A DNA stretch of 64,000 bases from Dehalococcoidia bacterium (lineage in GTDB: Bacteria > Chloroflexota > Dehalococcoidia > GIF9 > AB-539-J10): positions 29,482-93,481 of the forward strand of contig JAUWOR010000009.1 of assembly GCA_030612025.1 (NCBI GenBank), written 5' to 3'. The notes under the pieces were generated by a model. That model worked only from the letters and a program-made list of their open reading frames with translations, ran no database searches and was not told the DNA's origin. How positions within the stretch are numbered: the first letter of the stretch is position 1; each line of letters begins with the position of its first letter. Below are positions 17,856 through 26,095 of this stretch, one piece after another. The translations under genes and the position numbers were made by a program.

Positions 17856-18200
17856 TCAAGATAATTCCAGATGAATTTTCACTGCCTTTTCAAGCTGGAT
17901 TATCTCTTCTCTTTCTAACTTCCCTATAAGAGTAAGGAGGCGACTCTTGTCAAGAGTGCGAATTTGGTCGGCTTTAACCTTGGAATCCTTGGGAAGATTC
18001 CCGGCACCTTTAGGTAGAAACAGCTCAAAGGGATAAATCTTCTGGAGGTTTCTAGAGGTTAAGGGTAAGATGGTTACTGTGGCTGAAAATTCATTGTTCT
18101 TGTCATTAGAAACGACCACAACAGGGCGAGTCTTTGAAATCTCCCTTCCCACCACTGGATCCAGGGCAGTAAGGTATATTTCGCCCCTTTTAATATTCAT
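17856..18200 (-). CDS. mazF: PemK/MazF family toxin
   Basis: IKRGEIY..DPVVGREISKTRPVVVVSND..DQIRTLDKSRL. Confidence 0.93.
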   Translation of the reverse strand: MNIKRGEIYLTALDPVVGREISKTRPVVVVSNDKNNEFSATVTILPLTSRNLQKIYPFELFLPKGAGNLPKDSKVKADQIRTLDKSRLLTLIGKLEREEIIQLEKAVKIHLELS

Positions 18201-18432
18201 CCCACCCTTCTAAATCAACAGGCTCAAATTCCTTCGTTATGTTAAGGCTTTCTTGTCTAGCAGATTTATAGCCTTCTTCCAGGAGCGTTTGGAGCTGTTC
18301 ATTTTGAATCTTTTCAATCCTTTGTCTCAAAGTTTCAGCAATGAAACGGCTCTTCTTTCTGGTTCCAGCCAAGTTATCCAATTGCCGGGCAAGCTCTTCG
18401 GGAAGGGTGACATTCAATCGAACTGTACTCAT
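18190..18432 (-). CDS. RHH-type antitoxin partner of MazF
   Basis: VRLNVTLPEEL..KSRFIAETL..LEEGY; overlaps the toxin start. Confidence 0.85.
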   Translation of the reverse strand: MSTVRLNVTLPEELARQLDNLAGTRKKSRFIAETLRQRIEKIQNEQLQTLLEEGYKSARQESLNITKEFEPVDLEGWDEY

Positions 18433-18657
18433 AATGCTCCTCCATATGACTAATTATTTTGCGTATTTATAATACACTATTTTAAAGGGGTTTATCAAGG
18501 GAAAGAGCAAAAATCAAAACATGACAAATCCTAAACAATATTAAATGACCAAAATCCAAAGGAACTAAACGGCCTTGAATTTGAAATTTGGAAATTAGAA
18601 TTTGTTTAGGATTTAGAAACTTGAAAGGGAATGGAACAATTAGAAATCAGAGTAGGG

Positions 18658-19050
18658 TCATCCCAAGCGATCGAGTGTGAGGATCCCATACTCAAAGTCA
18701 AGTCCGATATTGAAATGACGCAAGAAGTTAAGACCGATAACGCCATCAATGCCGTGCTCCTCGGGGAGGGTATAGATAAGCACATCGAGGTTATCGATTT
18801 TGGCGTCAGCCAGGCTGAAAGAGTTAAGGGTTACTTTGGGGACAAGGTGGCTTTGAGAGGCATTGCTAAAAGAGACATACTCGGATATCTTAGAAAGGCC
18901 ATAACCAACTTGGGTTGCTGCTGCTTCAGAGATGATAGTGTAGGAGGAGCCACTATCAATGGCCATAATAAATATATGTCGGCTCTTGAATTCAAGGACA
19001 CATTCAAACAGCAAAATAGGAGCATTGGGATCGAAGGGAATCCTGCTCAT
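18658..19050 (-). CDS. retropepsin-like (clan AA) aspartyl protease
   Basis: MAIDSGSSYTIIS catalytic D(S/T)G and IDGVIGLNFL. Confidence 0.88.
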   Translation of the reverse strand: MSRIPFDPNAPILLFECVLEFKSRHIFIMAIDSGSSYTIISEAAATQVGYGLSKISEYVSFSNASQSHLVPKVTLNSFSLADAKIDNLDVLIYTLPEEHGIDGVIGLNFLRHFNIGLDFEYGILTLDRLG

Positions 19051-19280
19051 AAAACAACTGCCATGCCTTTTTTCGGTTTCGGGCCAGTGTAAATGCGGTA
19101 AGTATGATGATAAACGCCAACCCTCTTATTCATAAATTCATCCAAAGCGGCTCGGCTGGGGCTATGAGCCAGAAGCTTACCCTTTATGGGGCGATTCAGC
19201 TCATCAGTCTCATAGACTTCAAACCAAAGCCATTCATCTGGGTATTGCTTTTCTACCTCAGGAACATCAAGGATTTCCAT
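19047..19280 (-). CDS. small DUF5678-like protein coupled to the protease
   Basis: QYPDEWL..GKLLAHSPSR; ATGA overlap; RBS AGGAGG. Confidence 0.7.
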   Translation of the reverse strand: MEILDVPEVEKQYPDEWLWFEVYETDELNRPIKGKLLAHSPSRAALDEFMNKRVGVYHHTYRIYTGPKPKKGMAVVL

Positions 19281-19559
19281 TAGGTATCACCTCCTTTGCT
19301 AACATAGCAGAAAGAAAAGCAATATGCAAAATGACAGAGGAAAGGAAAATTAAAGAGCAAAAGTAAAAATGCAAAATTGGGGAGGAATTCAGGAGTCAGG
19401 AGCCAGTAGTCAGTAGAGGGAAGGGGAGGCTACTGAATTCCGAATTCTGGCTACTGGCTACTAAGTTTTGACTTTTTATCTTTGAACTTTGAAATTGTTT
19501 AGGATTTTGTGCTTAGGATTTAATCTCTGTAGGCTTATGCCTAATAACTTAATGTGTTC

Positions 19560-19658
19560 GCCGCACGACCCTAAAGGGTCGTACTACAAAGGGGAAGTTA
19601 ATCGTAGTGGCGGAGTTCATCTCCGCCTCAGGTCGGGGACAAGCCCCGACACTACGAG
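19560..19658. repeat. GTAG REP cluster
   Basis: gcacgaccctaaagggtcgtactac; gtagtggcggagttcatctccgcc; ggtcggggacaagccccgacactac. Confidence 0.88.
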
Positions 19659-19755
19659 AACTAAGGTACTGAACGAGTACATTAGCTTGATTTTGACTCT
19701 CTTTTAAGTTATAGTAATACCAAGAATATTTCAATATCAAATTGGAGGTAAGGGT

Positions 19756-20019
19756 ATGCCTAAAGTTGTAAACAGAACTGCCATTACTAAGAAATCCCAG
19801 ATTACTTTGCCAAAGAAGGTAAGGGAGATTTTGAAAGTGAAACCTGGAGACCAGGTCAGTTTCCAGATAGAGGGTAACGAGGTCAAGGTCGTCCCTGTTC
19901 CTTCTTTGCTTAAGGAGAACTTTGGCAAGGTAAAGCCAAGAAGAATGCCTGAAGAGTTTAAGGAGCTAAGAAGAGATTTTGAGGAAGGAGTTGGGAAGGA
20001 AGCCTTAAAGGGACTTTAA
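19756..20019 (+). CDS. vapB: AbrB/MazE-type antitoxin
   Basis: AITKKSQITLPKKVREILKVKPGDQVSF. Confidence 0.9.
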   Translation: MPKVVNRTAITKKSQITLPKKVREILKVKPGDQVSFQIEGNEVKVVPVPSLLKENFGKVKPRRMPEEFKELRRDFEEGVGKEALKGL

Positions 20020-20024
20020 AGCTC

Positions 20025-20426
20025 ATGCGTTTTATAGATACAAACCTATTTCTTCGTTACTTCACCAGAGACGATGAGAAAAGGGCACAGGATGTCTTGG
20101 AATTGCTGAAGAGAGTGGAGAGGAACGAAGAGAAAGTTATTACCAGCCCTTTAGTGATTTTTGAGTTAGTATTTACTCTGGAGAGCTACTACAAAGTTCC
20201 AAGAAAGGAAATTAAAAAGCTTCTCCAACCTATTCTTGACCTCAGGGGTTTAAGATTGGATTTCAAGGACCTCCTTGAATCGGCACTGGAACTTTATTCC
20301 GAACAGAGAATCTCCTTTACCGATGCCTTCAATGCTTGCTTTATGCAAAAAAGAAAAATTAAGGAAATATATAGTTTTGATGAAGATTTTGACAAAATAG
20401 AAGGAATTAAGCGAGTTATCCCTTAA
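20025..20426 (+). CDS. vapC: VapC PIN-domain toxin
   Basis: FIDTNLFLRY, VIFEL, SFTDA, IYSFDEDFD. Confidence 0.92.
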   Translation: MRFIDTNLFLRYFTRDDEKRAQDVLELLKRVERNEEKVITSPLVIFELVFTLESYYKVPRKEIKKLLQPILDLRGLRLDFKDLLESALELYSEQRISFTDAFNACFMQKRKIKEIYSFDEDFDKIEGIKRVIP

Positions 20427-20500
20427 TCCTCTCGCTAATGAACCCTTGCCTGCGTTAGCAAAGACCCGCAGCTATATTATCAAGCCCAGCATAACCAATT

Positions 20501-20825
20501 GTAGTGGCGGAGTTCATCTCCGCCTCAGGTCAGGGACAAGCCCCGACACTACGAGGCTCATTTGGGTTGCAATGACGCAAAGGCAAGGCCTGGGAATGGC
20601 GCCGCGGGTTTTGAATGACAGCCTCTCTTTGTCACCCTGAACCGAAGCCCTGAGCGTAGCAAAGGGGCTGGTGAAGGGTCTCAGAGATTCTTCGCTTCGC
20701 TCAGAATGACATTGCTTGGGGGTTAGAGTGACATAAAGCAAGGGGCTCACAACTATCCCACAGGGATTGCTTCGGCACTCTTTGTGCCTCGCAATGACAA
20801 AAAAGAGGAGGCCTCGCAATGACAA
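20501..20825. repeat. GTAG doublet plus GTCA-type repeat cluster
   Basis: 20501-20555 repeats 19604-19658 (1 mismatch); tgtcaccctga..gaagggtctc, gagattcttcgcttcgctcagaatgaca, cctcgcaatgaca twice. Confidence 0.88.
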
Positions 20826-20920
20826 GAAAGGAAGTCATGGGGCACTAATCGTATGAACGAGTACAGAGTATTGCCTATTTGCCCAGGATTCATGTATACT
20901 TAAGTCCTAGGACTTAAGTC

Positions 20921-21229
20921 GTGACAAGGCTTAGATTACTAGTTGCTGAAGCAAACTTAAGGAAGGGCATCCTGCTTGGCATTGCTTTTGTCGGGTTAAA
21001 TATCCTCGATGCCCGACTGACGGGAACCGCTCTAGTACTTGGAGCTAGTGAGTTGAACCCCATTGCTGCCACAGGATTTGGCAGCAGCATGTTGCTTAAG
21101 GGGCTGCTCTCCCTGGCAATAGTTATAGCTCTGGTTTTGCTTAAGCGAGGCAAGTTATTGAAGCCGTTGGATCTGGGGATGCTCCTTATTGTCCTGTGGA
21201 ATGGTCTTGCCATCTGGTCATGGAGCTAG
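20921..21229 (+). CDS. DUF5658-like membrane protein
   Basis: LNILDARLT..LGASELNPI..LLK; three hydrophobic segments. Confidence 0.75.
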   Translation: MTRLRLLVAEANLRKGILLGIAFVGLNILDARLTGTALVLGASELNPIAATGFGSSMLLKGLLSLAIVIALVLLKRGKLLKPLDLGMLLIVLWNGLAIWSWS

Positions 21230-21289
21230 TGATATAAGCACAACTGAGTGCTCTTAAGGCCGGGAGGGTGTTTACTAATCGGCAAAAAA

Positions 21290-21381
21290 GTCACTCTGAG
21301 CGTAGCGAAGAATGTCCAGATTCCTTGCCGGGCCTGTCCTGAAGGAGATTCTTCGGTCGCCTTGCTCCCTCAGAATGACAA
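21290..21381. repeat. GTCA-type repeat cluster
   Basis: gtcactctgagcgtagcgaagaat.. gagattcttcggtcgccttgctccctcagaatgaca. Confidence 0.8.
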
Positions 21382-21449
21382 ATAGGGTTGCTAAATAGCC
21401 CTACGACGAGTCTTTTGTCTTTATGCCCATCAGGAATTACAATAAAAGC

Positions 21450-22886
21450 ATGCGTGATCAATTTGTCGAGGCTTTAAAGGGGCATAAGGCTGATTATATT
21501 GAAGCTCATTTTGAGGAGAGCGAAGCCACTCACATTGTTTACCGCGGTGAAAGGTTGGAGGAGGTAAACAGGACGCGTAGCTCTGGAGGAAATGTGCGTG
21601 CTTTGGTTAAAGGCGGCTGGGGATTTGTTAGCTTTAATAGCTTCAATAAGTTAAGGGATAAGGTGGCTCTGGCAGTGGAGGAGGCAAGATTGGCTAGCAG
21701 GGAAGAGCTTAAGCTTTCCTTAGGGGAGCCTGTGGTGGATGTGGTGGCTCAATTTCACCCTCACCCTTCGCTGACCCTTCGCTATGCTCAGGGCTTCGAC
21801 TCAGGGCAGGCTCTTAGTCCTCTCCCATCAAGGGAGAGGAGGGACTCGGCAACTGTGCCATTAGCAGCAAAGAAGGAACTTCTTGATGAATACAACGATA
21901 TTATGTTAAGCGCTGGTAAGATTCAAAGCACAAGAATTGCTTATCGTGATGTCAGGCGCAAAGTTATTTTTGCCAGTTCTGAAGGGAGTTACATAGAGCA
22001 AAGTAAGCCGGACCTCATCTTGCGATTGACAGCCATAGCCAGGGAGAATAATGAAGTTCAGCAGGCCGGGTTGAGTTTGGGCAGTAATGGTGATTTTTCC
22101 GTGATAGAAGGTTTGCATCACCAGGTGAGGGAGCTAGCCAGGCGCGCCGCGGCCCTTCTTCATGCTTCTCAAGTGAAAGGAGGCGAATATACCGTAATTT
22201 TAGACCCAATTTTAGCCGGAGTTTTTGTTCACGAGGCATTTGGACATTTATCGGAGTCGGATTTCGTTTACCAGAATGAGCAGCTACGCAACATCATGGC
22301 TTTAGGGCGAAGATTTGGTGGCAGGCACCTTAATATTGTTGATGATGCCACTATTCCTAATTTGAGGGGAAGCTATAAATATGATGATGAAGGGATGCCG
22401 GCATCGAGAACCTACTTGATTCACGAGGGCATTCTGGTGGGAAGGCTTCATTCTCGAGAGACAGCGGCTAAAATGGGAGAGCCACCTACGGGGAACGCTC
22501 GTGCCATTAATTATCACTTTCCTCCTATAGTGCGGATGACTAATACCTTTATTGAGCCCGGCAATTCGTCTTTTGAAGGAATGCGTGGTGACATCAAAGA
22601 GGGTGTGTATGTCAAGGACTGGTATGGAGGAACGACTAGCTTAGAGATGTTCACCTTTTCCGCCGGGGAAGCCTACATGATTCGCCAGGGGAAATTGGCA
22701 GAGCTGCTACGTCCAGTGGTGCTAAGCGGCAACGTTTTTGTTACCCTGGGCAATATAGATGCTGTGGGCAGCGACCTGAAGATGAATCAGGGGGGAGGTT
22801 GCGGCAAGGGAGGGCAATCTCCCTTACCTGTGTCCAATGGTAGCCCGCATATTAGAGTTCGCTGTTGCCTAGTTGGAGGAAAATGA
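21450..22886 (+). CDS. tldD: TldD metalloprotease subunit with in-frame repeat insertion
   Basis: HEAFGHLSESD, YDDEG, IVRMTNT, GGCGKGGQ; ATG at 21450 follows TACAAT. Confidence 0.94.
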   Translation: MRDQFVEALKGHKADYIEAHFEESEATHIVYRGERLEEVNRTRSSGGNVRALVKGGWGFVSFNSFNKLRDKVALAVEEARLASREELKLSLGEPVVDVVAQFHPHPSLTLRYAQGFDSGQALSPLPSRERRDSATVPLAAKKELLDEYNDIMLSAGKIQSTRIAYRDVRRKVIFASSEGSYIEQSKPDLILRLTAIARENNEVQQAGLSLGSNGDFSVIEGLHHQVRELARRAAALLHASQVKGGEYTVILDPILAGVFVHEAFGHLSESDFVYQNEQLRNIMALGRRFGGRHLNIVDDATIPNLRGSYKYDDEGMPASRTYLIHEGILVGRLHSRETAAKMGEPPTGNARAINYHFPPIVRMTNTFIEPGNSSFEGMRGDIKEGVYVKDWYGGTTSLEMFTFSAGEAYMIRQGKLAELLRPVVLSGNVFVTLGNIDAVGSDLKMNQGGGCGKGGQSPLPVSNGSPHIRVRCCLVGGK

Positions 22887-22908
22887 AAATAAAAAATAAA
22901 AGATAAAA

Positions 22909-23016
22909 ATGCAAAATGACAAGGCAAAATTTAAAAATGAATTTAAGGGCCGCGTCTACAAATTTGCATTGGGTGTAACAGAATCCATGGAGGAGAATAA
23001 AGGTTTTGACTTTTGA
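22909..23016 (+). pseudogene. remnant 5' end of a four-helix-bundle (23S rRNA IVP-like) gene inside a heptamer hairpin
   Basis: MQNDKAKFKNEFKGRVYKFALGV.. resembles N-termini of TIGR02436-type proteins (recalled, not searched). Confidence 0.55.
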
Positions 23017-23034
23017 CATTGTTTAGGATTTAAG

Positions 23035-24408
23035 ATGGGACGCTCTTTACCCTTGGAGATTCTTCACGCCGCTCAGAAAGTGGCTGAGCAAGCTGAGGTT
23101 TTTTGGGTTTCTACTCAGGAAACGCCAGTTGATTTTGAAGCTAATAAGCTGAAGCAAATTCAGAATAAAGAAAGCACCAGCGTTGCCCTGCGGATTTTCC
23201 GAGGGGGCCGGATTGGCTATTCAGCAGCCAGCGGTCCTGACGGGGCAGGGAAAAAGGGTTCACCCTCACCTAACCTCTCCCTTCGAGGGAGAGGGATCTT
23301 AAGGGATTTGCTCGATATGGCTGTGGAAACGGCTCAGTTTGGTAGTCCAGCTAGTTTTACCTTCCCTTCCTTAAAGGATTATCCTGAAGTGAGCATCTTT
23401 GATAGTCAAGTGGAAAAGATGCCTATGGAGGAAATGATTGAGCTTGGCAATCAGCTTATAGCCAGGGTCAGGGAATATGCTCCCGATATCCTTTGCGATG
23501 TTAGAGTGACTAAAGGAACAGGCTCAGTCCAGATAATCAATTCCCAAGGTGGTGAAGCGAGTTATGCCAAAAGCTTCTTCAGCCTTAGCCTGGAAGGCAT
23601 CCTTATTCAGGATACAGACATGCTTTTTGTTGCTGATAGTAAAAGCTCATGTTGTTTGCCTGATAAGCTTGATGTTGTGGCTGATAGGGTGATCAGGCAA
23701 TTAGAGCTAGCTAAAGAAAAGGCTGCTGTTTCTGGGGTTAAGTTATTACCGGTGGTTTTTACTCCTCGTGGGGTGGCTAGCGCTTTTTTAAGTCCCATAG
23801 AGGTGGCTTTTGATGGTAAGGCTATCCTTGAAGGAGCCTCGCCATTGAAAGATAAGTTAGGAGAGCAAGTTTTTGACAATGGGCTTAGCTTATGGGATGA
23901 TGCTACTACAGCTTATGGTATAGGGAGTTCTCCTTGTGATGATGAAGGGATGCCCAGTCAACGCACAGCGCTTATCAAAAATGGAGTAGTGTCGAATTTC
24001 TTATATGATTTACAAACAGCGGCTTTAGCTGGCACTCAAAGCACCGGCAATGGTAGGCGAAGTGGGGCTAGTTTTCCTAAACCAGCGATAAGTTCCCTTG
24101 TTATAGATGAGGGAGGTGTTTCCTTTGAAGCTATGGTGGAGGATATGAAGGAGGGTTTAATTGTCGAGCAACTTATCGGAGCTGACCAGGGTAACCTCTT
24201 AGGTGGTGATTTCGGCGGCAATGTTTTGTTGGGATATAAAGTAGAAAATGGGAGAATAGTAGGACGAGTAAAGGATACTATGATTTCGGGGAATATCTAT
24301 CAAGTTTTGGCTCGTCTTCTTGGTGTAGGTAGTGAGGCAAGGTGGGTTGATGGGGTTTTGCGGACTCCGCACTTATATTGCTCACGCCTATCAGTGGCGG
24401 CAAAATAA
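23035..24408 (+). CDS. pmbA: PmbA/TldE subunit with in-frame repeat insertion
   Basis: CDDEGMPSQ, FLYDLQTA, STGNG, GDFGGNV; no HExxxH; follows tldD. Confidence 0.92.
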   Translation: MGRSLPLEILHAAQKVAEQAEVFWVSTQETPVDFEANKLKQIQNKESTSVALRIFRGGRIGYSAASGPDGAGKKGSPSPNLSLRGRGILRDLLDMAVETAQFGSPASFTFPSLKDYPEVSIFDSQVEKMPMEEMIELGNQLIARVREYAPDILCDVRVTKGTGSVQIINSQGGEASYAKSFFSLSLEGILIQDTDMLFVADSKSSCCLPDKLDVVADRVIRQLELAKEKAAVSGVKLLPVVFTPRGVASAFLSPIEVAFDGKAILEGASPLKDKLGEQVFDNGLSLWDDATTAYGIGSSPCDDEGMPSQRTALIKNGVVSNFLYDLQTAALAGTQSTGNGRRSGASFPKPAISSLVIDEGGVSFEAMVEDMKEGLIVEQLIGADQGNLLGGDFGGNVLLGYKVENGRIVGRVKDTMISGNIYQVLARLLGVGSEARWVDGVLRTPHLYCSRLSVAAK

Positions 24409-24420
24409 AAAAGAGAGAGA

Positions 24421-25242
24421 GTGCTGAAAGAAATGAAGGAGATAATGAAGGGTGCAATAAGGCTTTATAGCCACCCACGTCCTAAGAGCTGTGCGATGTT
24501 TGCTTCTTGGCCAGGCATCGGTGATGTTTCCTTAATAGCGGCGAAGTACTTAAAGGAAAAGCTAAAAGCCGTGGAAATAGGGGAAATCGAAGCGGTCAAT
24601 TTCTTCGAGCCGGTGGGTGTTACGGTGGAAGACAATGTGGTTGAAAGCCCTCGTTTTCCCGAGAGCAAGTTTTACTACTGGCAGGATAGAAAGACCAAGA
24701 AAGGCTTGGTGTTGTTTATTGGTGAAGAGCAGCCTAGTTCTAAGGGGTATGAATTGGTTAATTGCATTTTGGATGTGGCCGAGAAGCTCAGAGTAGGGAG
24801 GGTGTATAGTTGTGCTGCCGCGGTAACTCGGATTCATCATAGCGAGGAAGCGCAAGTCTGGGGAGTAGCGACGAAGCGAGAGTTAATCAGTGAGTTAAGT
24901 AAGCACAATGTTATTCTTAGAGGCGATCTCCGCATCGCCGGGTTGAACGGATTAATTTTAGGCATAGCCAAGGAGCGAGATATTGATGGCATTTGCTTGC
25001 TTGGTGAGGTGCCGGTGTATGCTACCCAAGTAGCAAACCCCAAAGCTTCCTTGGCTGTGGTCAGGGTGCTAACCGGAATGCTGGGAATTGACATTGACCT
25101 GACAGAGCTCAGCAATCTGGCCAAGCAAACGAGTAAGGAGATGGAGAGGCTCGCTAAGCAAGCTACGGCTGAATTCATTGACCGCTTCACTGAACCTATT
25201 TGGGAGCGAGAAGAAGAAGAGGAGGAGGAGGAGGAGGAGTAA
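24421..25242 (+). CDS. PAC2 (proteasome assembly chaperone) family protein
   Basis: WPGIGDVS, IAGLNGLILG, GICLLGE, NPKAS; poly-Glu tail. Confidence 0.88.
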   Translation: MLKEMKEIMKGAIRLYSHPRPKSCAMFASWPGIGDVSLIAAKYLKEKLKAVEIGEIEAVNFFEPVGVTVEDNVVESPRFPESKFYYWQDRKTKKGLVLFIGEEQPSSKGYELVNCILDVAEKLRVGRVYSCAAAVTRIHHSEEAQVWGVATKRELISELSKHNVILRGDLRIAGLNGLILGIAKERDIDGICLLGEVPVYATQVANPKASLAVVRVLTGMLGIDIDLTELSNLAKQTSKEMERLAKQATAEFIDRFTEPIWEREEEEEEEEEE

Positions 25243-25492
25243 TAATACAGTCTATATGTGACGACATAGATACTTGCGTACAGGAAAGGATACAGACAAA
25301 TTCTAAATACTAAGCAATATCAAAATTCAAAGATAAAAAATCAAAGTGACAAATCAAAATGCAAAGATACCTTTTTAACTTTTGCTCTTTTATTGTTTCA
25401 CATACTGCGATTTGTTTAGCATTTCGTGCTTAGGATTTAGGATGCTATATATAAATTGACCACCAAGGCTATGCGTGTTATTATCGAGTTAG

Positions 25493-26086
25493 ATGTCAGC
25501 TTTGACCGAGCTTTACCAGGAAATTGCCAATTGTCGAGCTTGCGAGCTAGTTAAGTATCGCACCAAAGTAGTACCTGGTGAGGGTCCTGAGGATGCCGAC
25601 TTGCTTTTTATTGGTGAGGCGCCAGGATGGCATGAAGACCAGCAAGGGCGCCCCTTTGTGGGACCAGCGGGAGCATTTCTGGACCAGCTATTGGCTTCAA
25701 TTGGCTTATCCCGGGAGCAGGTTTACATTGCCAATGTAATTAAATGTCGCCCTCCCCAAAATCGTGACCCGCTACCGGCTGAGACACAAGCTTGCCGCAA
25801 GTGGCTCGATCGCCAAATAGAGATAATCCACCCAAGAATGATTATCACCTTAGGCCGTTATTCTTTGGCCAGGTATTTCCCTGACGAGAACATAGGAAAG
25901 ATTCACGGAAAGGCGCGAAAAGTGGCTGATATTATTTATTATCCTATGTATCATCCCGCCGCTGCCCTCCACCAGGGCAGTCTGCGTAGAATTATTGAGG
26001 CTGACATGCTTCAGATTCCGCGAGTGCTGGTTCAAGGTGAAAGAATAGCTGAAGCTGTAGAATCTCAGCAATTGAGCTTATTTTAG
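25493..26086 (+). CDS. udg: uracil-DNA glycosylase family 4
   Basis: CRACEL, IGEAPG, GRPFVG, KCRPPQNR, YHPAAALH. Confidence 0.95.
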   Translation: MSALTELYQEIANCRACELVKYRTKVVPGEGPEDADLLFIGEAPGWHEDQQGRPFVGPAGAFLDQLLASIGLSREQVYIANVIKCRPPQNRDPLPAETQACRKWLDRQIEIIHPRMIITLGRYSLARYFPDENIGKIHGKARKVADIIYYPMYHPAAALHQGSLRRIIEADMLQIPRVLVQGERIAEAVESQQLSLF

Positions 26087-26095
26087 ATTAAGGCA

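Noticed and set aside
18631-19092. 153-aa plus-strand ORF
   Set aside because: Antisense to the aspartyl protease, which has clear catalytic motifs.
19657-19670. SOS box AGAACtaagGTACT before abrB-vapC
   Set aside because: One mismatch to AGAAC-N4-GTTCT, partly formed by the REP edge and upstream of the -35; not enough support.
20514-20825. 103-aa minus-strand ORF (and 20446-20640)
   Set aside because: Composed of repeat translations (VIARHKECRSNP, CHSERSEES); no RBS or domain.
22909-23016. Diversity-generating retroelement (Avd-like stub)
   Set aside because: No reverse transcriptase and no TR/VR pair with adenine-specific mismatches seen; the DUF951 duplicate differs at mixed bases.
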